IMG/VR virus record: IMGVR_UViG_3300012920_000036
Span: 1-63,496 of that record
DNA from: a virus
Taxonomy: Duplodnaviria > Caudoviricetes
Length of the DNA stretch: 63,496 nt
Reading direction: 5' to 3' (one strand)
The notes beneath the pieces were generated by a model. It did no database searches. It was not told where the DNA came from and worked only from the letters and a program-made list of their open reading frames with translations. The position numbers were made by a program, and so were the translations under genes. Below, one piece after another: positions 45,721 through 55,800 of this stretch (positions are counted from its first letter, which is position 1; each line of letters starts with the position of its first letter).

Positions 45721-48098
45721 TGCCTCGCTACCGGAGTGTAACAATCAAGCCAAGCCAAGGTGGACGACTCTTATCCAGAGTTTCCGAAGCCGAGGCTGGC
45801 ATTGAGAATTATACTGTAAAGCGAGACTGGCGGCGTGACTTAGATCGAGAAAAAAAACGAGAGGGTTACGATTGGTTCTGGGGTAACCAAAGCAGAAGCC
45901 TTGACGGTCAGCAATATCCTGGGGGCGAAGGCGTCTCTGAGGAGATCACATTCATTCACTCTGCGAGACGACCTAACGGAAAGACCGCGCTACTTGCTGG
46001 CAGCGCAACAAAGCTGTACAGGTTCCTGTCATCCAATGAGGGGTATGCGACAGATTACGCCGAGGATTATACTGAAACAATCAGCGGCAACTGGACAGAG
46101 ATAGGCAGCGGGTTTAGTTCAACGGGAAACAGGTGGGAGGCTGTAAATATAAACGGCTACACCGTGTTTAATAACGGCGTTGATCTACCCCACTTGTACC
46201 GACTTGAGTGGGACAAGGCAGAGCCTATACATGAGATGCGTGAACAAGGCATCAGTAGTGTTGGGACAATCGCAGCATACAATGGAATATTAATGTGTGC
46301 TGACGTGTCTGAGATTTCTCAAACCAATCTCGACACTTTGATGTCACCGAATACAGCAACTGGTGTGACGGCAGCGCAGGAGGGTTCAGTCTTCAGCCAG
46401 CCAACAGTTGCCAGCATGGCAGCTAATGCTACCGATGTTGTTGCATCAACATCGATGTTCACGCCCAGCGATGTAGGTAAATCCATCCGCTTCACTAATG
46501 GCTTTAAGACCACAATCGTTGGTGGTTCCGGCACAACGGTACAGGTAGATACGGCTCCGACATCTGCAATAGAAAACCTCGCCTTCTTCCTTATAGATAA
46601 CAGGGAAAATTATGGATCTTATACAGTTCGTTGTTTTCCTGGTTATTTCACGGAAAGCATGGTTGGGTTGAAAATGCTGTTCGACTCTGGGGAAGTCAGG
46701 ACGATAACAAAGTTCATCGATGGTCAGACAGCTATGGTCGATCTTGACTCTCCAATTGCTGATGGAACTTTTAAATTAGAAAACCCAGATTCGTACAAAG
46801 CTTACACCGGCAACACAACTAGGCGGCAGTACCGATTAGCGTGGAGTTTGCCTGACTATCCCGATGAGTGGGGAGTTGTGCTGTCAGGTTCGATCACCAA
46901 GGGTGACGATAAGCTCACGTTGAAGTGGCCTGCGAAGTCCATAAAAACCGGCGACAGCTTGACGATTACTGGGGCTGGAGTAAATGGCGGGAACTTGGTG
47001 GCTACTGTACAGTTTATTTCAGTTGCTGGCGCACAGTTAACTCTTGATAAGACAGCCGACACCTCGGTAACAAGCGCGACAGTTCAGCCAACGACAGCTA
47101 TCGGCAGCATCATTGGATTTGATGACATCCAAGATGACGGAAGCGGCATTCTTAAAATGGCAGAGTTGCAGGGCAACTTGGTGGTCTACAGGGACACATC
47201 GATTTTCTTATTCCAATTTACAGGCAACACCGCCAGTCCCTTTAATGTAACCAAACTGGCAATCCCTTCCGGTAAATCTCTCTACTACCGGCACACGCTT
47301 GTTAACATCAATGGGCGTGAACATGTGTATGCTGGTCGATCTGGCTTCTACGAGTTCGATCTTTCATCTCGCATACCAAGAGCAATCCCAGCGGCGGATG
47401 CTGTGTCTGATAAGTTTTTTAATACAGCGAAAATTGAGGACACCGAGAAAATCTTTTCAGTTCACAATACGCCTACTCAGGAGGTTTGGGTTATCGGAAC
47501 AGGAACAGATGACAGGTGTCTGTGCTACGACTACAAATACGACACATTCTCTACCACAAATATTCCAGCCACAGCCGCAGCAAGCGTGAAGAAACCGGAG
47601 ACTGAGTTGGTTAATGAGGAATCAGAAGACTGGTTTGTTTTTGGTGACACCAACGGAGTGGTGTTTACTTATGGCAAGGTAGACAAAGAGTTAAAATGGG
47701 GTGACGACTCGACAGTAGGTAAATCAATTTACTATCGGCGGATTAACTCTGCCAAAGAAAAGTACGATAGCATTTTAAAGTTTGGGTTGTACAACTTTGG
47801 GAACGCATTAGACGAAAAGGATTTGCGAGGTTATGTGCTGCATCTAAGCAGCAAGACACCAGGAAATCCAGAGGTCACAGTAAAAATTTATGGAACGAGA
47901 AACGAAGCTGAAGACACCACGCTGCTGGGAAGCCAGACGCTTACAGAGGCTGAAACAAAGAGCCTTATCGCGTGTTATTTTAGACAACATTTGTTTCAAG
48001 ACGAAATACAAGCAAGCGGCATGATCGATGTTCAATTTAGTGGAAGAACTTTTGATGCTGCAAGCATAGATACTGAATCATTAATAAGGAAATCATAA
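45720..48098 (+). CDS. Putative tail nozzle or stabilisation protein (tubular B/gp10-like)
   Basis: 792-aa beta-rich protein; synteny. Confidence 0.55.
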   Translation: MPRYRSVTIKPSQGGRLLSRVSEAEAGIENYTVKRDWRRDLDREKKREGYDWFWGNQSRSLDGQQYPGGEGVSEEITFIHSARRPNGKTALLAGSATKLYRFLSSNEGYATDYAEDYTETISGNWTEIGSGFSSTGNRWEAVNINGYTVFNNGVDLPHLYRLEWDKAEPIHEMREQGISSVGTIAAYNGILMCADVSEISQTNLDTLMSPNTATGVTAAQEGSVFSQPTVASMAANATDVVASTSMFTPSDVGKSIRFTNGFKTTIVGGSGTTVQVDTAPTSAIENLAFFLIDNRENYGSYTVRCFPGYFTESMVGLKMLFDSGEVRTITKFIDGQTAMVDLDSPIADGTFKLENPDSYKAYTGNTTRRQYRLAWSLPDYPDEWGVVLSGSITKGDDKLTLKWPAKSIKTGDSLTITGAGVNGGNLVATVQFISVAGAQLTLDKTADTSVTSATVQPTTAIGSIIGFDDIQDDGSGILKMAELQGNLVVYRDTSIFLFQFTGNTASPFNVTKLAIPSGKSLYYRHTLVNINGREHVYAGRSGFYEFDLSSRIPRAIPAADAVSDKFFNTAKIEDTEKIFSVHNTPTQEVWVIGTGTDDRCLCYDYKYDTFSTTNIPATAAASVKKPETELVNEESEDWFVFGDTNGVVFTYGKVDKELKWGDDSTVGKSIYYRRINSAKEKYDSILKFGLYNFGNALDEKDLRGYVLHLSSKTPGNPEVTVKIYGTRNEAEDTTLLGSQTLTEAETKSLIACYFRQHLFQDEIQASGMIDVQFSGRTFDAASIDTESLIRKS

Positions 48099-49192
48099 TG
48101 CCAATTGTAGATTTAAATTACAGGAAAGACCAAACTACTGCATTAACCTCTACTCAGGTTGATCGGAACTTTGAGTTGGTGCAGGACTTTACCAACGGGC
48201 TTGAGACTCTGTACAACACAGCGTTCAACCAAGACGGTTCATTTAAGGTTCCAGTTACCGCAACCAACATACAATCCGATTCGCATTTCTACGCAGAAGA
48301 CACGTCAAGTAACGATGATTATGCAATCACTTTGTCGCCTGCTATCACAGCGTACAAAGACGGAATGGTTGTTGCCTTTAAGGCCAAGACTACGAATACG
48401 GGTGCTGCTTCACTCAACGTAAATTCAGTAGGTGCAAAAAGTATATTTAAACGAAAAGATATTCCGCTTGAGGATGGTGATATTGTTGCCGGTCAGATTG
48501 TAGAAGCTCGGTACAACTCAACAACGGATGGATTTGAAGTCACTACACCATTATCCAATCAGCTTGGTTTAAAGACCGGAACCAAGGGGCAAAAAATTAG
48601 AGTAGATGATGAGGGTAAAATAGAATTTTACACACCGACCTTGGCGTCTGCTGAGTTCTCTTCACATGCTACTCCATACTGGGCAGGCATTAAGGGGCAA
48701 GTTTTATTTGGGACTGACAAGGAAGCCGATACCTCTCTGTCCGCAACGGCAGGGACAGCCACTCAATTTAGTGGGAATTCAGATGCTACGAATCCAATTA
48801 CAGGTGTGGAATTGTTATTCCCAGACGTGGGTTATCCTCAAAATAGCGCAGCTAATAGATATTATGAGGCTACTTTTGATGATGATAAAAGCGCAACTGC
48901 CGGTGGGGTTCCAATTGCTGAGACATCTGGGTTGATGCTTTTAATTCAGCATTATGGGTATGATGGAATTTTCGGGTCTGTGAATATATTCAGTCCAACG
49001 ATTGCTGCCGGAGGAAAATACATTCCAATATACGCTCACGAAACTGGGGATTGGACAACCACCGGAAAAGGAGTTCATTCCGCTATTGTTGTTTGCCCTA
49101 GATTTGACGCTCATACATATAAGTTTAAAATAATTACCTCTAATAATGCCGGTTCACACTACACCGCATTTAAAATACTGGGTCATTATTAA
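48098..49192 (+). CDS. Tail fibre-related protein
   Basis: LT..QVD.NF start; FKA..TNTGA.SLNVN..GAK.I motif. Confidence 0.7.
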   Translation: MPIVDLNYRKDQTTALTSTQVDRNFELVQDFTNGLETLYNTAFNQDGSFKVPVTATNIQSDSHFYAEDTSSNDDYAITLSPAITAYKDGMVVAFKAKTTNTGAASLNVNSVGAKSIFKRKDIPLEDGDIVAGQIVEARYNSTTDGFEVTTPLSNQLGLKTGTKGQKIRVDDEGKIEFYTPTLASAEFSSHATPYWAGIKGQVLFGTDKEADTSLSATAGTATQFSGNSDATNPITGVELLFPDVGYPQNSAANRYYEATFDDDKSATAGGVPIAETSGLMLLIQHYGYDGIFGSVNIFSPTIAAGGKYIPIYAHETGDWTTTGKGVHSAIVVCPRFDAHTYKFKIITSNNAGSHYTAFKILGHY

Positions 49193-49194
49193 TT

Positions 49195-49797
49195 TTGGAT
49201 ATTACTCTGCGAATTGCTGACGGTTTCGCCCCTAACGCAGATCAGATTAGGGAGGAAATATTGTCCGCAAATTTCACGGACGAAGTTGGCCCAGACGGTT
49301 ACAACTACACAGGTATCTGCCTAGAAAACCAACCTGACCTAACCAAAGAGATTGCTGCGCTTGTTGGGTTTGATGTTGAAATAAAACTCTCATGCTTTCG
49401 GGTAAGTTATGAAAAAGAAATGCCGCATAACCATGTGCATTCTGATGGGATATGCGCCAAATACGCAGGCATACTTTACCTAAACCCAAACCATCAACGC
49501 AGAGGAGGTACTGCCTTTTGGAGGCATAAGGTAGGCGGATGGGATTCATTGCCAACCGATGACGAGCTAATAAAAGACGGCAGAGATCCAGTTGAATTTA
49601 ATTTGGATATGGTCGAGGAGTGGCAGCGCAGAGATCAATGGGCCATGTGTGGATTTGCCGAGATGAAATTCAACAGGTTCATAACCTATCCCACAAAAAT
49701 GTTTCACAGTCGTTACCCGCACGAAGCCTTCGGCACTACACTCTCGGATGGCAGACTAATATGGACAGTATTTTATGATCGTAAGGGAAGCGAATGA
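49195..49797 (+). CDS. 2OG-Fe(II) oxygenase-like protein (DUF6445-like)
   Basis: HSD...ILYL...GGTAFW...FNR...FHS...GRL. Confidence 0.8.
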   Translation: MDITLRIADGFAPNADQIREEILSANFTDEVGPDGYNYTGICLENQPDLTKEIAALVGFDVEIKLSCFRVSYEKEMPHNHVHSDGICAKYAGILYLNPNHQRRGGTAFWRHKVGGWDSLPTDDELIKDGRDPVEFNLDMVEEWQRRDQWAMCGFAEMKFNRFITYPTKMFHSRYPHEAFGTTLSDGRLIWTVFYDRKGSE

Positions 49798-50212
49798 TGA
49801 CGACTACAAACAGTTAGACAGCCTTTGCCAAAAATTCTTCAAAGAGGGCGGTCTAAAAGGAGTACCAAATAACTTTTCCGCAGGACTGAGGAAACATGTG
49901 GATGCAGGCTTCGCCCTGTGCCTTGTCCTTGTTCGCGATGGTGTAGTGCTGGGTACAATTGGCAGCATGATTAGTGAAGACTTTATAACAGGCGATCTGA
50001 TCTGCACCGAAATGTTCTGGTACGTCGAACCTCAATACAGGCGTCATGGCATTCGATTACACAAGGCGCTGGAAGCGGAGGCAAAAAATCGCGGGTGTGA
50101 ACGAATTTACATGGTACATTTAGCAAAGCTAAAGGCTGATAAACTAGAACGATATTATAAGAGATGTGGCTACGAACCTTTAGAAATTTTTTACAGCAAA
50201 GAGTTAACATGA
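49775..50212 (+). CDS. GNAT acetyltransferase
   Basis: FWYVEPQYRRHG..L...A...G; YKRCGY. Confidence 0.85.
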   Translation: MIVREANDDDYKQLDSLCQKFFKEGGLKGVPNNFSAGLRKHVDAGFALCLVLVRDGVVLGTIGSMISEDFITGDLICTEMFWYVEPQYRRHGIRLHKALEAEAKNRGCERIYMVHLAKLKADKLERYYKRCGYEPLEIFYSKELT

Positions 50213-50225
50213 GAAAGGCATTAAC

Positions 50226-51272
50226 ATGGCAGCGGTAACAGCAGGGGTAATAGGCGCTGGGGCAGCGGTAGCTGGTTCAGTTAGAGCAGGCAAGGAGGCT
50301 AAGAAGGGGCGACGTGCCGCCAGAGATTCCGCCGCCGCTGATAGAGAGTTTAATTACAGAATGTTTCAAGAGGGCCGAGGCTCTAAGGGTAGTGCCAAAC
50401 TTCCTCTTTACATGAAGGATTCCAGCGGACGACTAATCGAGCCAATAGCAGGAACGCAAGCCGCCGATATCTTTTCTATACCCCTCGACAAAACTCCCAG
50501 AGAAAGACTCAAGGAGTTTGAAGATATTTATGCTGCCGAAGAACCATTGCGTCAGCAGGGCATGGACACTTTGCGAGGCATCTATGAAGGCGAAGGTGGG
50601 GTTAGTGATTATGAAAGGAGACGGTTGCAGAATGTTGCCCCAGTATCTGAAGCTGAAAGGCAGCAGGCGCAAACCATAGGTCAATCTGCTGAGTTGGCAT
50701 TAGCCCAGCAACTTAACGCACAACGTGCAAGAGATGCTATGGCTGGAATATCCGGCAGAGCTAACCTTGGTTCACAATTGGCAAGTGCTACGATTAGGCA
50801 AAACGCAGCGCAGCAGCAGGCTGGTGCATTGGCAGATGCTAACCTAGCAGATGCTCGTCGTAATGCTGCGATTTCAGAGGATGCATATCGGATGCAGTTG
50901 GACAATCCGCAGTTGGCAGATTCGATTGCAGCCATGCGAATAGCCTCACAGCAGCAACCTTACAATCAGTTAGTGGAACAAGCAGGGCGACAATACTCCG
51001 TGTTACAGCCATTTGAGATAGCACCAGGAACATTTAAGGCTTCGCCGTTGCCGTCTCCTGCGGTTGACACGTCAGGTTCAGCAATACTCGGAGGCATATC
51101 TGGTGCAGCAAATGCGTTCGGCCAGTACGCTCGCAACAAGCAGATGATGGACATGCTGAATCAGCAGCAATTTATGAGACAGCCAACATACTACGGCACA
51201 AACCCAGATGGTACTAACGTCACCTCTGGTCAAGCCGAAGTTGGCACAGGTTTTGACTTTGGTTCAATATAA
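50226..51272 (+). CDS. Putative ejection (internal virion) protein
   Basis: Gly/Ala hydrophobic N-terminus, Gln/Ala-rich helices; follows GNAT as in podovirus layouts. Confidence 0.6.
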   Translation: MAAVTAGVIGAGAAVAGSVRAGKEAKKGRRAARDSAAADREFNYRMFQEGRGSKGSAKLPLYMKDSSGRLIEPIAGTQAADIFSIPLDKTPRERLKEFEDIYAAEEPLRQQGMDTLRGIYEGEGGVSDYERRRLQNVAPVSEAERQQAQTIGQSAELALAQQLNAQRARDAMAGISGRANLGSQLASATIRQNAAQQQAGALADANLADARRNAAISEDAYRMQLDNPQLADSIAAMRIASQQQPYNQLVEQAGRQYSVLQPFEIAPGTFKASPLPSPAVDTSGSAILGGISGAANAFGQYARNKQMMDMLNQQQFMRQPTYYGTNPDGTNVTSGQAEVGTGFDFGSI

Positions 51273-51296
51273 CAACGCCAACCAGTAACAAGCATT

Positions 51297-52889
51297 ATGG
51301 CTACTGAAAAAGAAGTTTTTGAAATGGCAAGACAGGGTGTGCAGCAGGCTGCTGCCCCCTTGGTGGGAATGATGTCGGACAGGGTTGCCATGAAGGCTCA
51401 AGAAATAGACCGGCAACGCAAATTAGCTGACGACCAACGACGTAGGGACGAGGCACGGCAGGATTGGATTGAAAAATTCAACATGCAAACCGCCGCTGCG
51501 AAAGAAGCAGCCAAGGTTTCAAGGGACTTTGCGAAGTCAGAACGTATTGCTAAAACCGAGGCTGCGAAAGAAGCAGCCGAGGCTACAAGGAATTTTCAGC
51601 GAACGGAATCGGATTGGAACTTCTACCGGAACCGCATGGTTGAGCTTCAAGACAGGGGTTTTGCTATTCAGCAGGATGAAAAGGAGATGCGACTCAAGGC
51701 TGCTCAGTACGGGATGGTAAATGCTAATGAAGCTTCTATCGAAGATGTTTATAAGCACATCTATGATAATGCCCCAGAGGAGTTGGAGAAATTTAAGAAA
51801 CGTCAGCGAGATGCTTTCACCGCATTGAATCCTGAAATCCATCAAAACTATGAAAACTTATCTGAGCAACGAAATGCAATCTATGGGCAAATCGGTGAGT
51901 TAATTAGAAATAGTTCCGGCCCAACTGAGGACGAAATACTGAAGAGCCTTTTACCTAGATTAATTGCCGACCCAATTTTCAAATTAAACGAAACGGATAT
52001 TGAGACAATTAGGACTGAGGGACTGGCGGGTTTGGCTAGACTTATTCAGAATGATGACGCAGCGCAACAACAACTAGGAACTTTGATGAAACAAGTTTCA
52101 GAAGAGGTTGGTGACGCAAAATCAAAACAAGTTTCAAATGATATTTCATTACTGATGGAGCAAGTGCGAGTAATTGATTCCAATATGAAAAGGATAGAAA
52201 CGGTGAATCCATCTATCGGCCTTGAATCTACAACTGTAATTAATGCAAGAACTTCGCGAAATTTCTTAAATAATCGAAACCAAGATACTGTTCAGACAGG
52301 GAGGTTCAATTTACCTCCGCAAGGTGGGGCTACTCCGGCAGTAACTCCACCTCCTGCTCCGGTGACTCCGGCAACCCCGACAAATCAAAGCACAACTCCT
52401 CCTCCCGCCTTTACTCCTGCCGCAGCACCTTCCGATGCGGACAGCCCTGCCGCTGGAGGCTTTGGCCCTGCTATCCCTTCTACTCCCACGTTGGACATGA
52501 GCCGCTTTGGGCCGTTATCTGATGACACGGATGCTCTGGAAAAAGAACGAACTGATCTTGAAGATAGAGTGCGAGTTCAAAATACCCAGATAAATAAAGC
52601 GATTAAAGGAGGTCGGCAACCTTATGGCCCTACAGTAAGAATGAAAGCTGAAAACGAACAGCGAATCAGCGACATCGATAATATGATTTTCCGGTTGAAC
52701 CAAGACAACATTAGCCCCGTTCCGCTTGAAGGTGGCGACCCAGGATTTAGAGGTGTTGTTTCTGGTAACCCAAAACCACAAGAGACTTCTGATGAAAGGT
52801 CGATGCGTATCCGCCGACTCCTAGATGAATCAAACAGGAGAACTCGCGAGGAACTACGCAGATCACCCTTCTACGGCGGCGGTCAATAA
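51297..52889 (+). CDS. Putative ejection (internal virion) protein
   Basis: Coiled coil plus Pro/Thr linker; synteny. Confidence 0.55.
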   Translation: MATEKEVFEMARQGVQQAAAPLVGMMSDRVAMKAQEIDRQRKLADDQRRRDEARQDWIEKFNMQTAAAKEAAKVSRDFAKSERIAKTEAAKEAAEATRNFQRTESDWNFYRNRMVELQDRGFAIQQDEKEMRLKAAQYGMVNANEASIEDVYKHIYDNAPEELEKFKKRQRDAFTALNPEIHQNYENLSEQRNAIYGQIGELIRNSSGPTEDEILKSLLPRLIADPIFKLNETDIETIRTEGLAGLARLIQNDDAAQQQLGTLMKQVSEEVGDAKSKQVSNDISLLMEQVRVIDSNMKRIETVNPSIGLESTTVINARTSRNFLNNRNQDTVQTGRFNLPPQGGATPAVTPPPAPVTPATPTNQSTTPPPAFTPAAAPSDADSPAAGGFGPAIPSTPTLDMSRFGPLSDDTDALEKERTDLEDRVRVQNTQINKAIKGGRQPYGPTVRMKAENEQRISDIDNMIFRLNQDNISPVPLEGGDPGFRGVVSGNPKPQETSDERSMRIRRLLDESNRRTREELRRSPFYGGGQ

Positions 52890-52898
52890 TGCACGACG

Positions 52899-55800
52899 AT
52901 GCCCAACACTTTAGTAGATCATTACCGTTCTCGGTTTCCTGACGATAGCATTAGCGATCAAGGGATTATTGGCGGATTCATTCGCCAGCATGGCGAGTCT
53001 GCAATCAAGACACAATACCCTGACGCTTACTCTCAGTTTATAAAACAAAGACGGAAGGATGATGTAGACAGGTATAACCGTGTCAATCCGTCTGGGCTTG
53101 GTGGTGAGTGGTGGAAAGCGGCTAAACGCACCACAATAGGGTTAGGTGAAATTTCGTTAGCGGGATTTGGTTTAGGGGCAGAGGCTGTTGGGTGGGAGTC
53201 TGCTCGCGACTACCTAATGATGAAGGCAATGGAGCTTGGTCAGGATGCCTCTGATGTATCAATAGCTGCCGCTGAACCAGAATGGGAGGACGTTGATGGT
53301 CTTTATGAATCACTACAATATGGAGCCGCAGTCTTTGGTGAAGCAGCGCCATCCTTGGTGGAGTCACTTGCTGTTGCCGGTGCTGGTGCTTTGGTGGGTA
53401 GCGGCGCCGCTCCTGGCCCTGGTACTGTTGCTGGCGGGGTGGGCGGATTCTTCGCTAAGAACGCTGTTAAAAATCTTCTCAAGAAAGAGGTTCGCGAACG
53501 GGTAAGAGAGAACCTGGAAAAACAGGTGGGGCGAACGCTTACTGATGACGCACTAAAATACACCCTACTTAAAACTGCTTTGTCTGGAAAAGGTGCAGGC
53601 AAGGACATGATCAAGGCACAAATGAAAGCCGCTGGCGCGAAGCTGGGCGGCACAGTTGCCACCACCCTAAACAGCTACGGTTTATCCTCCGGTGAAATTT
53701 ACAACTCGTTAGCAAGCAACCCTAACGTAGACCCAGATGACGCTATGGACATTGCGCTTGTCGGAGGTCTTGTTGCTGCTGTCCCTGACACATTCCTGCC
53801 TTCATACATTATGAAGCAGTCAGGGATTGTTGATGCTCTTGCCGGTACTGTTAAAGGGAAGATGGCAAAGGAGCATGTGAAGAGGAGATTTAATGGCTAT
53901 GTTGGGAGACTAGCCAAGCAGGCTGCTATCACGATTCCGACTGAAGGTGCAACTGAAGGTTTCCAAGAGTTAGTTAACATTGCTGCTGAAAAATACGGAG
54001 ACAAGACAAGCGAACACTTCAAGGACACGGGGCGACTGTTCGCTCCTATGGATATTTATGATGACCTAACCGATGAGGAAAAAGGTCGAATCGATAGGGC
54101 AATAGTAGTTGGCGCTGCCGCCGGAAGCATGGGTGCTGTTGGTGCAGCCACAAGAAGAACGGCAGAGGATACTGATGACACAGACGTAACACCAACAGAG
54201 CCAGCAGAGGATGTAGTCGATGAAATTTACGCTCCAACAGATGAGGAGAAAGCAATTATCACAGCCTTGGTTGCTAAGGAGGTAGCTGGAGGTGACGTTA
54301 AAAAGGAGCTTACTGATGCCAATGTTTTCAGTAACAGGATTCTGACAAGATTTTATGTTTCTGAGAAAAAAAGGGCTTTAGAAGAACAGGGTTTTCGTTT
54401 GGATGCTAAAAAGGATTCAGATGAAAAAGCAGAGGTAGACGAAGACTACATTAACTTCATTAATGAACAAATTATCGTAGTCAAAAACTCAGACCTGTCT
54501 CCAAAGATTCGTAAGTACCTACTTGCACAACTCAATGAGAAATTGAGAGCAGCAAAGAAAGGTGCGAAACCTGACGCCACGACATCGATGTCTATGGCTG
54601 GCGAGGCAGTCGAAGTTAAGTCGTTACTCGATGAGCAGTTGGGCTTACTGGAACCACAGCCGGAAGCTGAACCTGTAGCTGAAACCCGTGAGCCGATAGC
54701 AATGCTGCCGGAGTCAGTCGGGGCGGAAGAAATTCGGAATAGAGAACGAGATCAGAAGTGGCAGAAAGAGGACAACGCCAAGGAAGCTGAGAAATTACAG
54801 GCACAGAAAACTGAGGGTGAAAAGAAACTCGCACTTCTTAACGAGCGATTAGCCCAAGCAAAAAAAACCGCTGTGCAAACAGAAGGTGATCGGCGTACCC
54901 GTGAAACAAATTTAGCTGCGATTTGGGCAGCCGCTTCTAAATTAGATAGACAAGAGGATAACGCAGCACAAAAAGCTTTTGAAGAGAAGCAGAAGTTTGC
55001 AAAAGCTGCTGAGAATTTAAGGCAGAAAAAAGCTAAAGCTGCTGAGAAAATTAAAGCAACAGCAGAAGCACAACAGGAAACCACAGAGGAAGAAACATCT
55101 ACACAAACCACTCAAGAAACAAAGGAGGCTTTTAACGCCGGTCACGTTGCAGATGAACCAAAGTCTAGCGCACCTGATAAAAGGCTAACGTCAACGGGAG
55201 GCATTAAGGTTCCGCCCATCTTTGAAATCACTTCTCAGATACGGGAGAGATTCAAGGGCAAACTTGATTTGTTAGGAAACATTTTAACACAGGGGGCGGG
55301 GAAAAAAGAGAAAGGCAAAGGGAAGTCTAAGAGGGATTCAAGACGCATAACTGCATTACTTGAACCAAACAGCGGAGAAGTGTATGCCGTTAAAACATGG
55401 AAGGAAGGTGGCAATGTTTGGATGGCATCTGAAGATGGAACCAGAATCAAACTTGAAACAGTAATAGAACAGGGTCTGATTCCTATATTCAGCATACTTA
55501 CAAAGCCAGATGCGAGTGTTAAAGACTATTCGGTATACCCTAACAGAAATGATTTTGATTCCACAATCGCTCAACAAGTCGCAAACGAAAAAATAGATGC
55601 AGAAATTGATACAGAAATTAAACAGCGTCCACCTCAACCTAATTCGGTTAGTGAGAAAGAGGCACAAAGTTTACCTTCAAACAAAAAGGTAAAAGCCTTA
55701 TTCGACGCAATCGTTCGTGCCGCAGTAGCCAGAGGCTTGAACATTGAAATCTTTCAGAATGAACAGGCGGCAATGGAGGGTGAGTATGGTGCGTATGCTA

